The notes: generated by a model from the sequence alone, not told the origin. DNA of 64,000 nucleotides from Lysobacterales bacterium (GCA_026005055.1 BPKI01000001.1:1939290-2003289); one strand, 5' to 3'; positions 1 to 13,788 are shown, numbered from the stretch's first letter. Program-made: numbers and translations.

Positions 1-3943
<3,943 letters not shown>

Positions 3944-3956
3944 CCCTACCGCGCCG

Positions 3957-4076
3957 ATGTCGGATTTTTGGATCCTCCTTGCGCTCGTGGCGCTCGTTCT
4001 GATCGGCGCCCTCTTGCCGCTTCGCGCCAGCGCGCGCGGGCCGAAGAGCGGTCGCCGCCCGGGTGAGGACGGCTAG
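3957..4076 (+). CDS. Possible 39-aa small membrane protein, absent from the ORF track
   Basis: ATG...TAG translates to MSDFWILLALVALVLIGALLPLRASARGPKSGRRPGEDG, which is one hydrophobic helix followed by a basic tail. It fills the tRNA-to-ALDH gap. I recognise no homology. Confidence 0.25.
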   Translation: MSDFWILLALVALVLIGALLPLRASARGPKSGRRPGEDG

Positions 4077-4097
4077 AATGGGCGTTTCCCGGCTCAT

Positions 4098-5651
4098 TTG
4101 GTCGCGAGGTTTTCCGTGCATCCCATCTTCTCGGCACTCGGTCTGACGACCGAGAATCCCGGCACCTATCTCGGCGATGGCGAGTGGAGCTCTACGCCGG
4201 AGGCCGGTGTTCTCACCCCGGTCAACCCGGCTTCGGGCGAGCCTTTGGCCCACGTCTTCGCCACCAGCGAAGCCGACTACGAGCGGCTGATCGAGCGCGC
4301 CGTGGCGCGTTTCCGCATCTGGCGCGAGATTCCGGCCCCGAAGCGCGGCGAGGCGATCCGGCTCTGCGGCGAGGCGCTTCGTCGGCACAAAGACCCGCTC
4401 GGATCGCTGGTCAGCCTGGAGATGGGCAAGATCAAGGCCGAGGGCGATGGCGAGGTTCAGGAAATGATCGACATCGCCGACTTCGCGGTCGGCCAGTCGC
4501 GGATGCTCTATGGCCTCTCGATGCACTCCGAACGCCCAGGGCATCGCATGTACGAGCAGTGGCATCCCTTGGGGCCGGTCGGGATCATCAGCGCCTTCAA
4601 CTTTCCGGTGGCGGTGTGGAGCTGGAATGCCTTCATCGCCGCGGTCTGCGGCGATGTGTGCATCTGGAAGCCCTCGCCGCGGACTCCCCTGTCGGCCATC
4701 GCCGCCACCCGCATCTGCAACGAGGCGCTGCGCGCAGGCGGCTTCCCGGAAATCTTTTTCCTGTTCAACGATGCCGGCACCGCGCTCGCGACCCGTTTCG
4801 TCGAGGACCGGCGGATTCCGCTGATCAGCTTCACCGGCTCGACCGAGGTCGGTCGTCAGGTGGCGGAACGAGTGGCGCGACGCCTCGGGCGCTCCTTGCT
4901 CGAACTCGGTGGCAACAACGCGATCATCGTGCACGAAAGCGCCGACCTCAAGCTCGCCATTCCGGCCATCGTCTTCGGCGCGGTCGGTACGGCGGGCCAG
5001 CGCTGTACCACCACGCGTCGGCTGATCGTTCATGAATCGCTGTTCGAGACGGTGCTCGAGCGGCTCGTGCATGCCTACCGCCAGGTGGAGGCCCGGGTCG
5101 GCGATCCGCTCGATCCCCGCACCCTGCTCGGCCCCTTGAACAGCGAAGCGGCCGTCCAGCGCTTCCTCGCAGCCGTGGCGCAGGCCCGCCAAGACGGCGC
5201 CCGGATCGTGTACGGCGGGGGGCAGATCGAGCGGCCTGGATTTTTCGTGCAGCCCACGATCATCACCGGCCTCGCCCCCGATCATCCCCTGGTGCAGCAA
5301 GAGACCTTCGCGCCGATTCTCTACGTGCTCCCCTATCGCGAGCTCGATGAGGCCATTGCCATCCAAAACGGCGTGCCGCAGGGCTTGAGCTCGGCGATCT
5401 TCGCCACCGATCTTCGCGCCGCCGAGCGCTTTCTCTCGGCTTCCGGCTCGGACTGCGGGATTGCCAACGTCAACATCGGCACCTCGGGCGCCGAGATCGG
5501 CGGCGCCTTCGGCGGCGAGAAGGACACCGGCGGCGGCCGGGAATCGGGCTCGGATGCCTGGAAGGCCTACATGCGCCGGCAGACCTGCACGATCAACTAC
5601 TCGCAGGCCTTGCCGCTCGCTCAGGGCATCCGCTTCGAGCTCGACGGCTGA
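4098..5651 (+). CDS. Aldehyde dehydrogenase, ALDH7 / piperideine-6-carboxylate dehydrogenase-like
   Basis: ALDH signatures are present: [10 protein letters not shown] (catalytic Glu region), [12 protein letters not shown] (catalytic Cys) and the N-terminal pattern [11 protein letters not shown]...NPASGEPLA typical of the ALDH7 subfamily. The start is ambiguous (TTG at 4098 or GTG at 4116). Confidence 0.9.
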   Translation: MVARFSVHPIFSALGLTTENPGTYLGDGEWSSTPEAGVLTPVNPASGEPLAHVFATSEADYERLIERAVARFRIWREIPAPKRGEAIRLCGEALRRHKDPLGSLVSLEMGKIKAEGDGEVQEMIDIADFAVGQSRMLYGLSMHSERPGHRMYEQWHPLGPVGIISAFNFPVAVWSWNAFIAAVCGDVCIWKPSPRTPLSAIAATRICNEALRAGGFPEIFFLFNDAGTALATRFVEDRRIPLISFTGSTEVGRQVAERVARRLGRSLLELGGNNAIIVHESADLKLAIPAIVFGAVGTAGQRCTTTRRLIVHESLFETVLERLVHAYRQVEARVGDPLDPRTLLGPLNSEAAVQRFLAAVAQARQDGARIVYGGGQIERPGFFVQPTIITGLAPDHPLVQQETFAPILYVLPYRELDEAIAIQNGVPQGLSSAIFATDLRAAERFLSASGSDCGIANVNIGTSGAEIGGAFGGEKDTGGGRESGSDAWKAYMRRQTCTINYSQALPLAQGIRFELDG

Positions 5652-5685
5652 GCACCCACCACCGCCTGAAAGCTTCGCCGCGCTC

Positions 5686-6954
5686 TCAGGACGACTGCGT
5701 CGGGGGGCGAGGTTCCTCGATGGCGGAGGTCGGCGCGAAGCGGCGCTCCACGTAAGCGTCGATGATGCGGAGGAATTCCTCGGCGATCGCCGGGCCGCGC
5801 AGGGTTCGGGTCTTGACCCCATCCTCGAAGACCGGCGCCGCCGGCTCCTCGCCGGTGCCCGGCAGCGAAATGCCGATGTGGGCATGCCGGCTCTCTCCCG
5901 GGCCGTTGACCACACAGCCCATCACCGCCACGGTGAGGTTCTCGACGCCAGGATAGCGGCCGCGCCACCTCGGCATGCGCTCGCGCAGATGCGCGCTCAC
6001 CTTCTCCGCAAGCTCGCGGAAGAAGCTGCTCGTGGTGCGGCCACAGCCTGGGCAGGCGGTGACGAGCGGCGTGAAGGCGCGAAGCCCCATGGTCTGCAGG
6101 ATGAGCTGGGCGATCTCGACCTCGCGCCGGCGCGGGGCACCCGGCTCTGGGGTCAACGAGACGCGGATCGTGTCGCCGATGCCCTCCTGAAGCAGCACCG
6201 CGAGCGCCGCGGTCGAGGCGACGATCCCCTTGTCGCCCATTCCCGCTTCGGTGAGCCCAAGATGCAACGGGTAGCGACAGCGCGCTGCAAGCTCGCGATA
6301 GACCGCAATCAGGTCCTGGACACCGCTCACCTTGCAGGAGAGCACGATGCGGTCCGCAGGCATGCCGAGCGCCTCGGCCTTGGCAGCGGAATCGAGCGCC
6401 GAGCGCACCAGCGCCTCGCGCAGCACGCTGGCCGCATCCAGCGGCTCCGGGCGGCGCGCGTTTTCATCCATCAGCGCGCGCGCAAGCTGCTGGTCCAAAC
6501 TCCCCCAGTTGACGCCGATGCGGATACGCTTGCCGTAGCGCAGCGCGGTCTCGATGATCGCGGCGAACTGGGGGTCCTTCTTGTGGCCGAAGCCGACGTT
6601 GCCGGGGTTGATCCGGTATTTGTCCAGGGCCTCGGCACAGGCCGGCTCGCGCGCCAAGAGCTCGTGGCCGTTGTAGTGGAAGTCCCCCACGAGCGGCACC
6701 TCCACGCCGCGGGCCGCCAGGCGCTCGCGAATCCTCGGCACCGCGCGCGCGGCTTGGAGGGTGTTGACCGTCACCCGCACGATCTCGGAGCCCGCGAGCG
6801 CCAGTTCTTCGACCTGCCGCGCGGTGGCCTCGACATCGGCGGTGTCGGTATCGGTCATGGACTGGACGACGATCGGCGCACCGCCGCCGATCGTCACGCC
6901 CCCGACGCGGACGGCGTGGCTCTCACGGCGGGGCGAAGCTCCGAAGCTGCCCAT
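5686..6954 (-). CDS. ispG: 4-hydroxy-3-methylbut-2-en-1-yl diphosphate synthase (flavodoxin)
   Basis: The motifs [35 protein letters not shown] and the C-terminal CPGCGRT...GCVVNGPGE FeS motifs identify it. I trimmed the start to the ATG at 6954, which sits 3 nt after the upstream stop. The 460-aa track ORF extends into the neighbouring gene. Confidence 0.93.
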   Translation of the reverse strand: MGSFGASPRRESHAVRVGGVTIGGGAPIVVQSMTDTDTADVEATARQVEELALAGSEIVRVTVNTLQAARAVPRIRERLAARGVEVPLVGDFHYNGHELLAREPACAEALDKYRINPGNVGFGHKKDPQFAAIIETALRYGKRIRIGVNWGSLDQQLARALMDENARRPEPLDAASVLREALVRSALDSAAKAEALGMPADRIVLSCKVSGVQDLIAVYRELAARCRYPLHLGLTEAGMGDKGIVASTAALAVLLQEGIGDTIRVSLTPEPGAPRRREVEIAQLILQTMGLRAFTPLVTACPGCGRTTSSFFRELAEKVSAHLRERMPRWRGRYPGVENLTVAVMGCVVNGPGESRHAHIGISLPGTGEEPAAPVFEDGVKTRTLRGPAIAEEFLRIIDAYVERRFAPTSAIEEPRPPTQSS

Positions 6955-6956
6955 GC

Positions 6957-8558
6957 TCACGCCGCGGCCTGGACGAGCTGGCCGGTGGTCTGTGCCGCCG
7001 GCATCGGCTCGAGGACCAGATAGTCGGCAAGGACCTCGACCAAACGCACGCGATGGCCGGGCGGCCAACCGATCTCGGAAGCGCCCCGCTCGATGCGAAG
7101 CTGAATCTCGCCCCGGTCCGCCAGCAGGCTCTCGCCGCTGGCCGGCACGACCAGCTGCGGCGCTGAAGCATCCTGACGCAATGGTGCGTAGAGCAGACCC
7201 GGAACCGCAGCGTCACGGGCCTCGATCGCCACCGCGGAAAAGCGGTGGGCGAGCAGCTCCACCCCGCACTCCAGCTGCTCGCCCTGCGCGAAGCGCATCC
7301 AGCGGATCACCCCGAGCATCCACTCGCGATCGCGTTCGTCCTCGACGGGCAAAGCGAGACCGACGACTTCCCCGACGCGCACCTTGAGAGATTCCCGCGG
7401 CGTCCAGCGGATCAGGTAGCCGCCGAGGCTCTGGTCACGCACCTCGGTTGGCGCGATCACGAGACGCACGGCCGAAGCCTGTTGATTCCCACTTGCACTC
7501 GCCCGCTCCTCCAGTCCGAGCGCGAGGCGGATCTGGCCGAAACCCACGGCGAGATCGAGGCGATGCATCGCCGGCAGGCGCTGCCGCACGCGCGCGGCCT
7601 CGCCCCGCCAGGACTGCAGACAACGGCGCGCGAGATGCTTGGGCAGTGGCTCGCGCCCCCCGCGCAAGCCTTTCGCCTCGATGAAATCGGCGCCTGCGGC
7701 GAGTTCGCTCTCGATGCGCGCCGCGAGCGGGGCGAGATCGAGTCGCAGCGCCGGTTCCGGGCCTTGCTCCCGCTCTTCGGGCAGGTAGCCCGGACCGCGA
7801 TCCTCTCCCTCAGGCACCCGGAAACCCTCCCGCAAGCGCGTCCCCATCCGGCACTCCTGGATCATCCAGGACACGGCGCGCCGAAGCTGAAGCTGCTCGC
7901 GTCGGCCGAAGCGATAAGGATTACACAGCGCCAGCAAGGCCGCCTCGCCGTAAGCCTGCGCGATGCTGCTACGGCGGCGTTCGAGCGGGTCATCGACCGG
8001 TTGTTCGGCAATACCCCGCGCGAAGGCGAAATGCGCGAGATCATGAAGGCTCGCCCACTCGCCCGGCCGAGGCAACCTGTAGAGCAAATAGGCGCCGGCC
8101 AGGGCGAGCCCGCGATGGTGAATCGCCCGATGCAGGGCGCTGCGGACGCGTCGCTTGCGCCACCAGGGGATCAGACCGTTGCGACCACTTGCATCGACGA
8201 CCACTTCCTGGAATCCCATCGCGAAGGCCCCCTGGAGTTCGAGCACCTTCTGCGCCAGGGAAAGCCTGACCGGTGGCAAGGGCAGTCCAGCGTTGAGAAG
8301 CTGTTTCTCCACTGTCTCCACGACCGCGCGCACCCCGGGCCTGAGCGCCTCGAGCATGGCGAAACGCCGCCCCGAGGACATCCGCGAGCGGTTGAGGTCA
8401 TCGACCAGATCGGTCAAACGCTCGAGATTGCGCACCGGATCGGCCGGCGGCAAGTCGGCGATGAATTGGCGCGCAGCGCGGACGCTGCGCGGCGAGGATC
8501 CGCTCAGACTCTTGTCGCGCGGTGGAAGCGTGCCGCGCAGACGCTCGAAGGCCCCCAT
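6957..8558 (-). CDS. Hypothetical protein with a possible C-terminal PilZ-like (c-di-GMP-binding) domain
   Basis: A long ORF with consistent high third-position GC, directly upstream of ispG on the same strand. The C-terminal third contains RVRQR (RxxxR-like) followed by DQSLGG (DxSxxG). Their spacing is longer than in canonical PilZ domains. Confidence 0.6.
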   Translation of the reverse strand: MGAFERLRGTLPPRDKSLSGSSPRSVRAARQFIADLPPADPVRNLERLTDLVDDLNRSRMSSGRRFAMLEALRPGVRAVVETVEKQLLNAGLPLPPVRLSLAQKVLELQGAFAMGFQEVVVDASGRNGLIPWWRKRRVRSALHRAIHHRGLALAGAYLLYRLPRPGEWASLHDLAHFAFARGIAEQPVDDPLERRRSSIAQAYGEAALLALCNPYRFGRREQLQLRRAVSWMIQECRMGTRLREGFRVPEGEDRGPGYLPEEREQGPEPALRLDLAPLAARIESELAAGADFIEAKGLRGGREPLPKHLARRCLQSWRGEAARVRQRLPAMHRLDLAVGFGQIRLALGLEERASASGNQQASAVRLVIAPTEVRDQSLGGYLIRWTPRESLKVRVGEVVGLALPVEDERDREWMLGVIRWMRFAQGEQLECGVELLAHRFSAVAIEARDAAVPGLLYAPLRQDASAPQLVVPASGESLLADRGEIQLRIERGASEIGWPPGHRVRLVEVLADYLVLEPMPAAQTTGQLVQAAA

Positions 8559-8706
8559 GTTCTCCCGGGATTGCGGCGGAGTGGATCAGTGTATCCCCTT
8601 CCGAGCCGCCGATCATCGCGATTGGGCGCCGCGGCCCGCCAGCCGAGCGAGCCGATCGCCGTGCGACCCGATCCGCTAACATGGCGACTCGCGAGGGGAG
8701 AACCTC

Positions 8707-11100
8707 ATGGCAGATCGGGTGGACATCGCGATCGTCGGCTCCGGTCCGGCGGGCCTGAGCGCCGCCGCACGGGCGGCCGAATGCAAAACGCCCCATGTGC
8801 TGCTCGAGGCGAGCCCTCATCTCGCCCAGACCATTCACCGCTATCAGAAGGGCAAGCACGTCATGGAGGAGCCGGCCTCCCTTCCGCTGCGTGCATCCCT
8901 CCCCTTCCGCGCGGGCAGCCGCGAGCAGGTCCTCGCCGCTTGGGAAGAGGGCATCCGGCGGCTCGGGGTCAACCTCCGGCTGGGCGCGGAGGTGACCGCA
9001 ATCGAACGCGATGAGAAAGGCTTTCGACTCCTCATCGGCGGTCGCGAGGCGATCATGGCCCGGTCGGTGGTTCTGGCCATCGGGCTGCAGGGCAACATCC
9101 GCAAACTCGGCGTCCCTGGCCAGGACTTGCCTTGCGTCCAGTACCAGCTCGACGACCCGGAGGAGTTCCAAGGCGAGACCATCGTCGTGGTCGGTGCGGG
9201 CGATGCGGCGATCGAAAACGCGCTCGCCCTGGCGTTTCGCAATCAGGTGATCATCGTCAACCGCCGTGACGAGTTCTCGCGCGCCAAGGAGGGCAATCTC
9301 AAGGCCATCCTCAAGGCGATCGAGGAGGGCCGAATCGAATGCTATTACCGCAGCCAGCCGGAGCGTGTCGAACAACTCGCGGTGGGGCGGCGACGTGCCC
9401 GAGTCGTCCTCGCCACGCCCGACGGCGAGGCGCAGATCCTCTGCGATCGCGTGATCGCGCGCCTCGGGGCGCTTCCTCCGCGCGCTTTCGTCGAGCGCTG
9501 CGGGGTGAAGTTCCCGAGCGCCGATCCCGCGGCGGTGCCCGTGATCAGCCCCCGCTACGAATCGAACGTGCCCGGGCTTTACATCATCGGCGCGCTCGCC
9601 GGCTACCCATTGATCAAGCAGGCGATGAACCAGGGCTACGAGGTGGTGGAGACCATCCTCGGTCGGCAAGTGGAGCCCGCCGATGCCCCGCTGCTCCAAC
9701 GCAAGCTCGAGCGTCTGCCCGGCTTCGCCGGGGTGGATGGTGCGATCGAATGGATCCGCAAGCGCACGCCGGTCCTCTCGCCCCTCTCGCCACTGCAGCT
9801 CAGAGAGTTGCTTCTGGAAGCGGACATCCAGTTTCCCACCGCCGGCAAGCCCGTGTTCCGGCGCAATGACTACACCGACAGCTTCTACGTGATCCTCGCC
9901 GGCCAGACGGAGGTCGAGACCGCGGATGGGAGGCGATTCCGGCTGCGGCAAGGCGAGTTTTTCGGTGAGATGAGCCTCATCTCCGGACGCCGGCGAAACG
10001 CCACGGTCATGGCCGGCGAGGGCTGCATCCTCCTGGAGATCCCCAGGCGGACCATGCTGCGGATCATGCAGTCGGTGGAGGAGGTGAAGCAGGCGATCGA
10101 TCGTGCCTTCCTGAAACGGGCGATCCAGAGCCGTCTCGCGCCGGAAGCCACGCCCGAGCAGGTCGAGGAGCTGGCACGAGAGTCCTCCCTCCATCGTTTC
10201 CGGGCCGGGGAAATCCTTTTCGCCGAAGGCGAGATCGGGGACTGCTTGCATCTGGTGAGGTCGGGCTCCCTCATGGTCTCGCGCAACATCGCCGGGCGCG
10301 AGGTGGTGCTTTCCTACGTCGCGGCCGGGAACTACGTCGGAGAGATGGCGCTGCTCGGCGAAACGCGGCGCACCGCCACGGTGAGGGCCGCGATCGCCAC
10401 CGAGACCATCCGCGTCGACGGAAAGTCCTTCAAGCGTGTGGTCGAACGCAATCCGGTGTTGCGCCTACGGCTCCAGGCGGAAATGCGCCAGCGCACCGCT
10501 CAGAACGTGGCCATGCAGGTCGATCCTCGCGGCGGGGACCTGATCTCGTTTCTACTCGCCCAAGGCGCGGGCGAGGCCACCGACATCCTGCTCATCGACG
10601 AATCGCTCTGCATCCGCTGCGACAACTGCGAGAAGGCCTGCGCCGAGACCCACGGCGGTACCTCGCGTCTGGATCGCGAAGCCGGCCCCACTTTCGCGGA
10701 GGTGCATGTCCCCACTTCCTGCCGGCATTGCGAACACCCGCACTGCATGAAGGACTGCCCGCCCGATGCCATCCATCGCGCCCCCAACGGCGAGGTTTAC
10801 ATCGCGGACAACTGCATCGGTTGCGGGAACTGCGTGGAAAACTGCCCCTATGGCGTGATCCACTTGGCCGGCCCCGTGGCGCGCAAGCCCGGACTGCTGG
10901 CATGGCTGCTCTTCGGGCTCGGGCCCGGTCCCGGAGAAGCCCCCAAGCGCTCCGATCCATCTGGCGAAAAGAAGGCCGTCAAATGCGACATGTGCCGTGA
11001 CTTGCCGGGGGGGCCGGCCTGTGTTCGCTCCTGTCCGACCGGCGCGGCGATCCGCATCACGCCCGAGGAGTTTGCGAGTTATGCACGCGCCCGGCGTTGA
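8707..11100 (+). CDS. Multidomain cytoplasmic redox protein: FAD/NAD(P)-binding reductase, two cyclic-nucleotide-binding domains and a four-cluster ferredoxin domain
   Basis: The N-terminus has VDIAIVGSGPAGLSAA and VVVGAGDAAIENAL (two Rossmann GxGxxG/A motifs). Two cNMP-binding cores follow (FFGEMSLISGRRRNATV and YVGEMALLGETRRTATV). The C-terminus has four Cys motifs: CIRCDNCEKAC, CRHCEHPHCMKDCP, CIGCGNCVENCP and CDMC...CVRSCP. A GAGGGGAGA Shine-Dalgarno-like sequence lies just upstream of the ATG. Confidence 0.85.
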   Translation: MADRVDIAIVGSGPAGLSAAARAAECKTPHVLLEASPHLAQTIHRYQKGKHVMEEPASLPLRASLPFRAGSREQVLAAWEEGIRRLGVNLRLGAEVTAIERDEKGFRLLIGGREAIMARSVVLAIGLQGNIRKLGVPGQDLPCVQYQLDDPEEFQGETIVVVGAGDAAIENALALAFRNQVIIVNRRDEFSRAKEGNLKAILKAIEEGRIECYYRSQPERVEQLAVGRRRARVVLATPDGEAQILCDRVIARLGALPPRAFVERCGVKFPSADPAAVPVISPRYESNVPGLYIIGALAGYPLIKQAMNQGYEVVETILGRQVEPADAPLLQRKLERLPGFAGVDGAIEWIRKRTPVLSPLSPLQLRELLLEADIQFPTAGKPVFRRNDYTDSFYVILAGQTEVETADGRRFRLRQGEFFGEMSLISGRRRNATVMAGEGCILLEIPRRTMLRIMQSVEEVKQAIDRAFLKRAIQSRLAPEATPEQVEELARESSLHRFRAGEILFAEGEIGDCLHLVRSGSLMVSRNIAGREVVLSYVAAGNYVGEMALLGETRRTATVRAAIATETIRVDGKSFKRVVERNPVLRLRLQAEMRQRTAQNVAMQVDPRGGDLISFLLAQGAGEATDILLIDESLCIRCDNCEKACAETHGGTSRLDREAGPTFAEVHVPTSCRHCEHPHCMKDCPPDAIHRAPNGEVYIADNCIGCGNCVENCPYGVIHLAGPVARKPGLLAWLLFGLGPGPGEAPKRSDPSGEKKAVKCDMCRDLPGGPACVRSCPTGAAIRITPEEFASYARARR

Positions 11101-11137
11101 ACACGACACGCGATGATCTCGGCAGAGCCTTCGGTTC

Positions 11138-12046
11138 ATGCATGAGTCCTTCCTCGCCCATCGCGGGCTTCGCTACCTCTGGGTCTCGGCGATCCTGCTC
11201 TCACTCTCCATCCTCGCCTATCTCTGGCACGATCCCATCCCCAGGCCCAACGGGGGGACCTGGCTCGGCTACACCCTGGGCACCATCGCCGCCCTCCTGA
11301 TCCTCTGGCTCATGGCCTTCGGGCTGCGCAAGCGTCTTTACCGCAGCACCGCGGGAACGCTGCGCGGATGGCTGAGCGCGCATGTCTACTTGGGCCTTGC
11401 CGTCCCGGTGCTTTCGCTCCTCCATAGCGGTTTTCAGGTGGGCTGGAATCTCCACACCCTGCTGCTGGCCTTGGTCTTCGCCGTGGTCTTGTCCGGGCTC
11501 TTCGGGGTATGGGCGTACCTGCGTTATCCGCCGCTCATCACTCGCAACCGCGACAGCGCCACCCGATCCGCGATGCTGGAGGAGATCGCCGAGCTCGACC
11601 GCAAGGCGCTCGAACTCGCCGACCGCATCGATCCCAAGATCCACGCCTTGGTGCTGCGGTCGCAACAGAAAACGCGCTTGGGCGGCAGCGTGTGGCATCA
11701 GCTCACGGCAGGGGACCGATCGGAGGGCGTGCTCAAGGCGCTCAACCTCTTGAGCGAAAGGCAACGGCAGCAACGAGCGCAGGCGCCCACGGGCTCGACC
11801 ATGAGCGGTGGTGCGACCATCCTCGCCATGGTGGACTACCTCGCTGCGGCGCCCGACCGGACGGGAGAGGCTTTACGTGAACTGATCGATTTGATCGCAC
11901 GCAAAAGAAGCCTGGTCGCCCGCATCGCGCGCGACGTCCAATTCCAGGCCATCCTCGAAATCTGGCTCTATCTCCACGTGCCTTTGAGTTTCGCCCTGCT
12001 GGCGGCCCTCCTCTGGCACGTCCTGAGCGTGTTTTTCTATTGGTGA
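11138..12046 (+). CDS. Integral membrane protein, putative di-haem b-type transmembrane electron carrier
   Basis: It has about five hydrophobic helices. Two His pairs are spaced exactly 14 residues apart inside helices (H82/H96 in SAHVYLGLAVPVLSLLH, H280/H294 in LHVPLSFALLAALLWH). It starts 38 nt after the upstream gene and ends 3 nt before the next. Confidence 0.7.
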   Translation: MHESFLAHRGLRYLWVSAILLSLSILAYLWHDPIPRPNGGTWLGYTLGTIAALLILWLMAFGLRKRLYRSTAGTLRGWLSAHVYLGLAVPVLSLLHSGFQVGWNLHTLLLALVFAVVLSGLFGVWAYLRYPPLITRNRDSATRSAMLEEIAELDRKALELADRIDPKIHALVLRSQQKTRLGGSVWHQLTAGDRSEGVLKALNLLSERQRQQRAQAPTGSTMSGGATILAMVDYLAAAPDRTGEALRELIDLIARKRSLVARIARDVQFQAILEIWLYLHVPLSFALLAALLWHVLSVFFYW

Positions 12047-12049
12047 GCC

Positions 12050-13717
12050 ATGCGCTGGCTGATTCGCCGATATCAGCGCAAGTCCCGGGGCGCCGCGAGG
12101 TACTCCGACGACATCCACTATGGCGACACCTTGACGGTGGGTCGGGGCACGGATCAGTCCGTGCAGCTGCAGGACCTCGAGGTTGCACTCGAGCACCTTC
12201 GCATCACCTCGCTCGGTGCCAACCGGTATCGGGTCGAGGCCCTCACGCTCGCCGGCGTGAAGATCGACGGTGCCTTGGTCAGCAGCGCGGAGGCCAAGGC
12301 AGGGGCGATCATCGAGCTGGGGCGATACCGCCTCGAACTGCTGGAGAGCCCCCGCGACTACGATGCGGCGATCGCGGTCATCCCCGCAGAAGACCTCGCG
12401 CCGGGCGAGCGTATCCGACGCATCCCGCTCGGGCTTGCTGAGACCCGCCTCTCGATTCGGCGGAGCTCCTGGTTCCTGTTCCTCGCCGTCCTCCTGCTCG
12501 GGGGTTTGCCGGCGGCGGCGCACTATTTCGCTCCGCTCGATCGTTTCCTCCGGGATCGCTCGTGGCTTCCTGACCGTTCGCTGTGGGAAACGGGCCCGCT
12601 CGCCGCTCCGCACCACTTCTTCGGCGAACAGTGCGAACTCTGCCACGAGCAGCCCTTCCGCATGGTGCGCGATCAGGCCTGCCTGCGCTGCCATGCGAGC
12701 ACGCCGAGCCATGCCGATCCGGGTCGTTTCCCATTGCCCGCGCTCACCGATACCCGCTGCGCCCATTGCCACCGTGATCACAACGGCACGCGCGGCATCG
12801 TCCTCTCCCGTCAATCCCTTTGTAGCGATTGCCACGTCGGTTTGGCGGAACGATCGGGGGGCGCGAGCGCGCTCGCCGATTACGGCGATTTCGCGGAGCT
12901 CCATCCGCAGTTCCGAATCGAGCTCCCGCGCCTGGACCCCGTCAGCGGCCAGCTCCTCGGAGAGCGCGTCGAGTGGCGGGAAGGACTGATCGAGCAATCG
13001 GGCCTGCGTTTCCCGCACGACAAGCACCTTGCCCCCGGAGGCTTGCGCGCTCCGGGTGGGATGCGGGTCCTCAGCTGTGCCGACTGCCATCGCCCCGAGC
13101 CCGGTGGCGCGCGAATGCAGGCCATCGATTTCGAAAGCCATTGCCAAGGCTGTCATCAGCTCGCTTTCGATCCGAGCGCGCCGGAGCTTCAGGTGCCGCA
13201 TGCCAAGGTGCCGGAGATCCTGTTCATGCTCGAAGCCTTTTATGCGCGCCAGGCGCTCGCCGGCGACGTGCGCGATCAGGAAGCGCCGGCCTCCCTGCGC
13301 ATCCGCCGCCGACCCGGCCAGTCCATCTCGCGGGAGGAGCGGGAGGAGGCTTTGAGCTGGGCGCGGGAGAAGGCGCGCCGGGTCGGGGAAAGCCTGTTCC
13401 TCGGACGCGCATGCGCCGTCTGTCACGATGTGTCGCGGCCCAGCTCGGAGGACGACGGCTGGCGCATCGCCCCGGTCCGTGTCGCCGGCGCATGGTACCG
13501 CAAGGCGCGGTTCGACCATGGCCGCCACGCGAGCTTCGCCTGCGCCGATTGCCACGCCGCCTCGACCTCGGCGAGCGCGAGCGATCTCTTGATTCCCGGG
13601 ATCGAGAACTGCCGCGGATGCCATGCGGGGGAGAAACCGGCGCGGCAGCGGGTACGGAGCCCCTGTGTCACCTGTCACGAATATCACATCGAGGGCAACC
13701 CGCCGCTCAGGCTCTAG
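12050..13717 (+). CDS. Membrane-anchored decahaem c-type cytochrome with an FHA-like N-terminal domain
   Basis: Ten CxxCH motifs: CELCH, CLRCH, CAHCH, CSDCH, CADCH, CQGCH, CAVCH, CADCH, CRGCH and CVTCH. There is one TM helix (WFLFLAVLLLGGLPAAAHYF). The N-terminal roughly 100 aa have an FHA-like pattern (LTVGRGTDQSVQLQDLEVALEHLRI...IDGALV...IIELGRYRLEL). Confidence 0.85.
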   Translation: MRWLIRRYQRKSRGAARYSDDIHYGDTLTVGRGTDQSVQLQDLEVALEHLRITSLGANRYRVEALTLAGVKIDGALVSSAEAKAGAIIELGRYRLELLESPRDYDAAIAVIPAEDLAPGERIRRIPLGLAETRLSIRRSSWFLFLAVLLLGGLPAAAHYFAPLDRFLRDRSWLPDRSLWETGPLAAPHHFFGEQCELCHEQPFRMVRDQACLRCHASTPSHADPGRFPLPALTDTRCAHCHRDHNGTRGIVLSRQSLCSDCHVGLAERSGGASALADYGDFAELHPQFRIELPRLDPVSGQLLGERVEWREGLIEQSGLRFPHDKHLAPGGLRAPGGMRVLSCADCHRPEPGGARMQAIDFESHCQGCHQLAFDPSAPELQVPHAKVPEILFMLEAFYARQALAGDVRDQEAPASLRIRRRPGQSISREEREEALSWAREKARRVGESLFLGRACAVCHDVSRPSSEDDGWRIAPVRVAGAWYRKARFDHGRHASFACADCHAASTSASASDLLIPGIENCRGCHAGEKPARQRVRSPCVTCHEYHIEGNPPLRL

Positions 13718-13788
13718 CCCCCCACGACGGCCCGGCTTCGGTATGATCGCCGTTCGTCACGGGGAATGTCGAGGTGGGGAGAGCTGAG

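Noticed and set aside
3944-5651. A possible genomic island inserted at the tRNA-Arg 3' end.
   Set aside because: There is no integrase, no direct repeat of the tRNA 3' end and no obvious compositional break. The downstream genes are ordinary metabolic genes.
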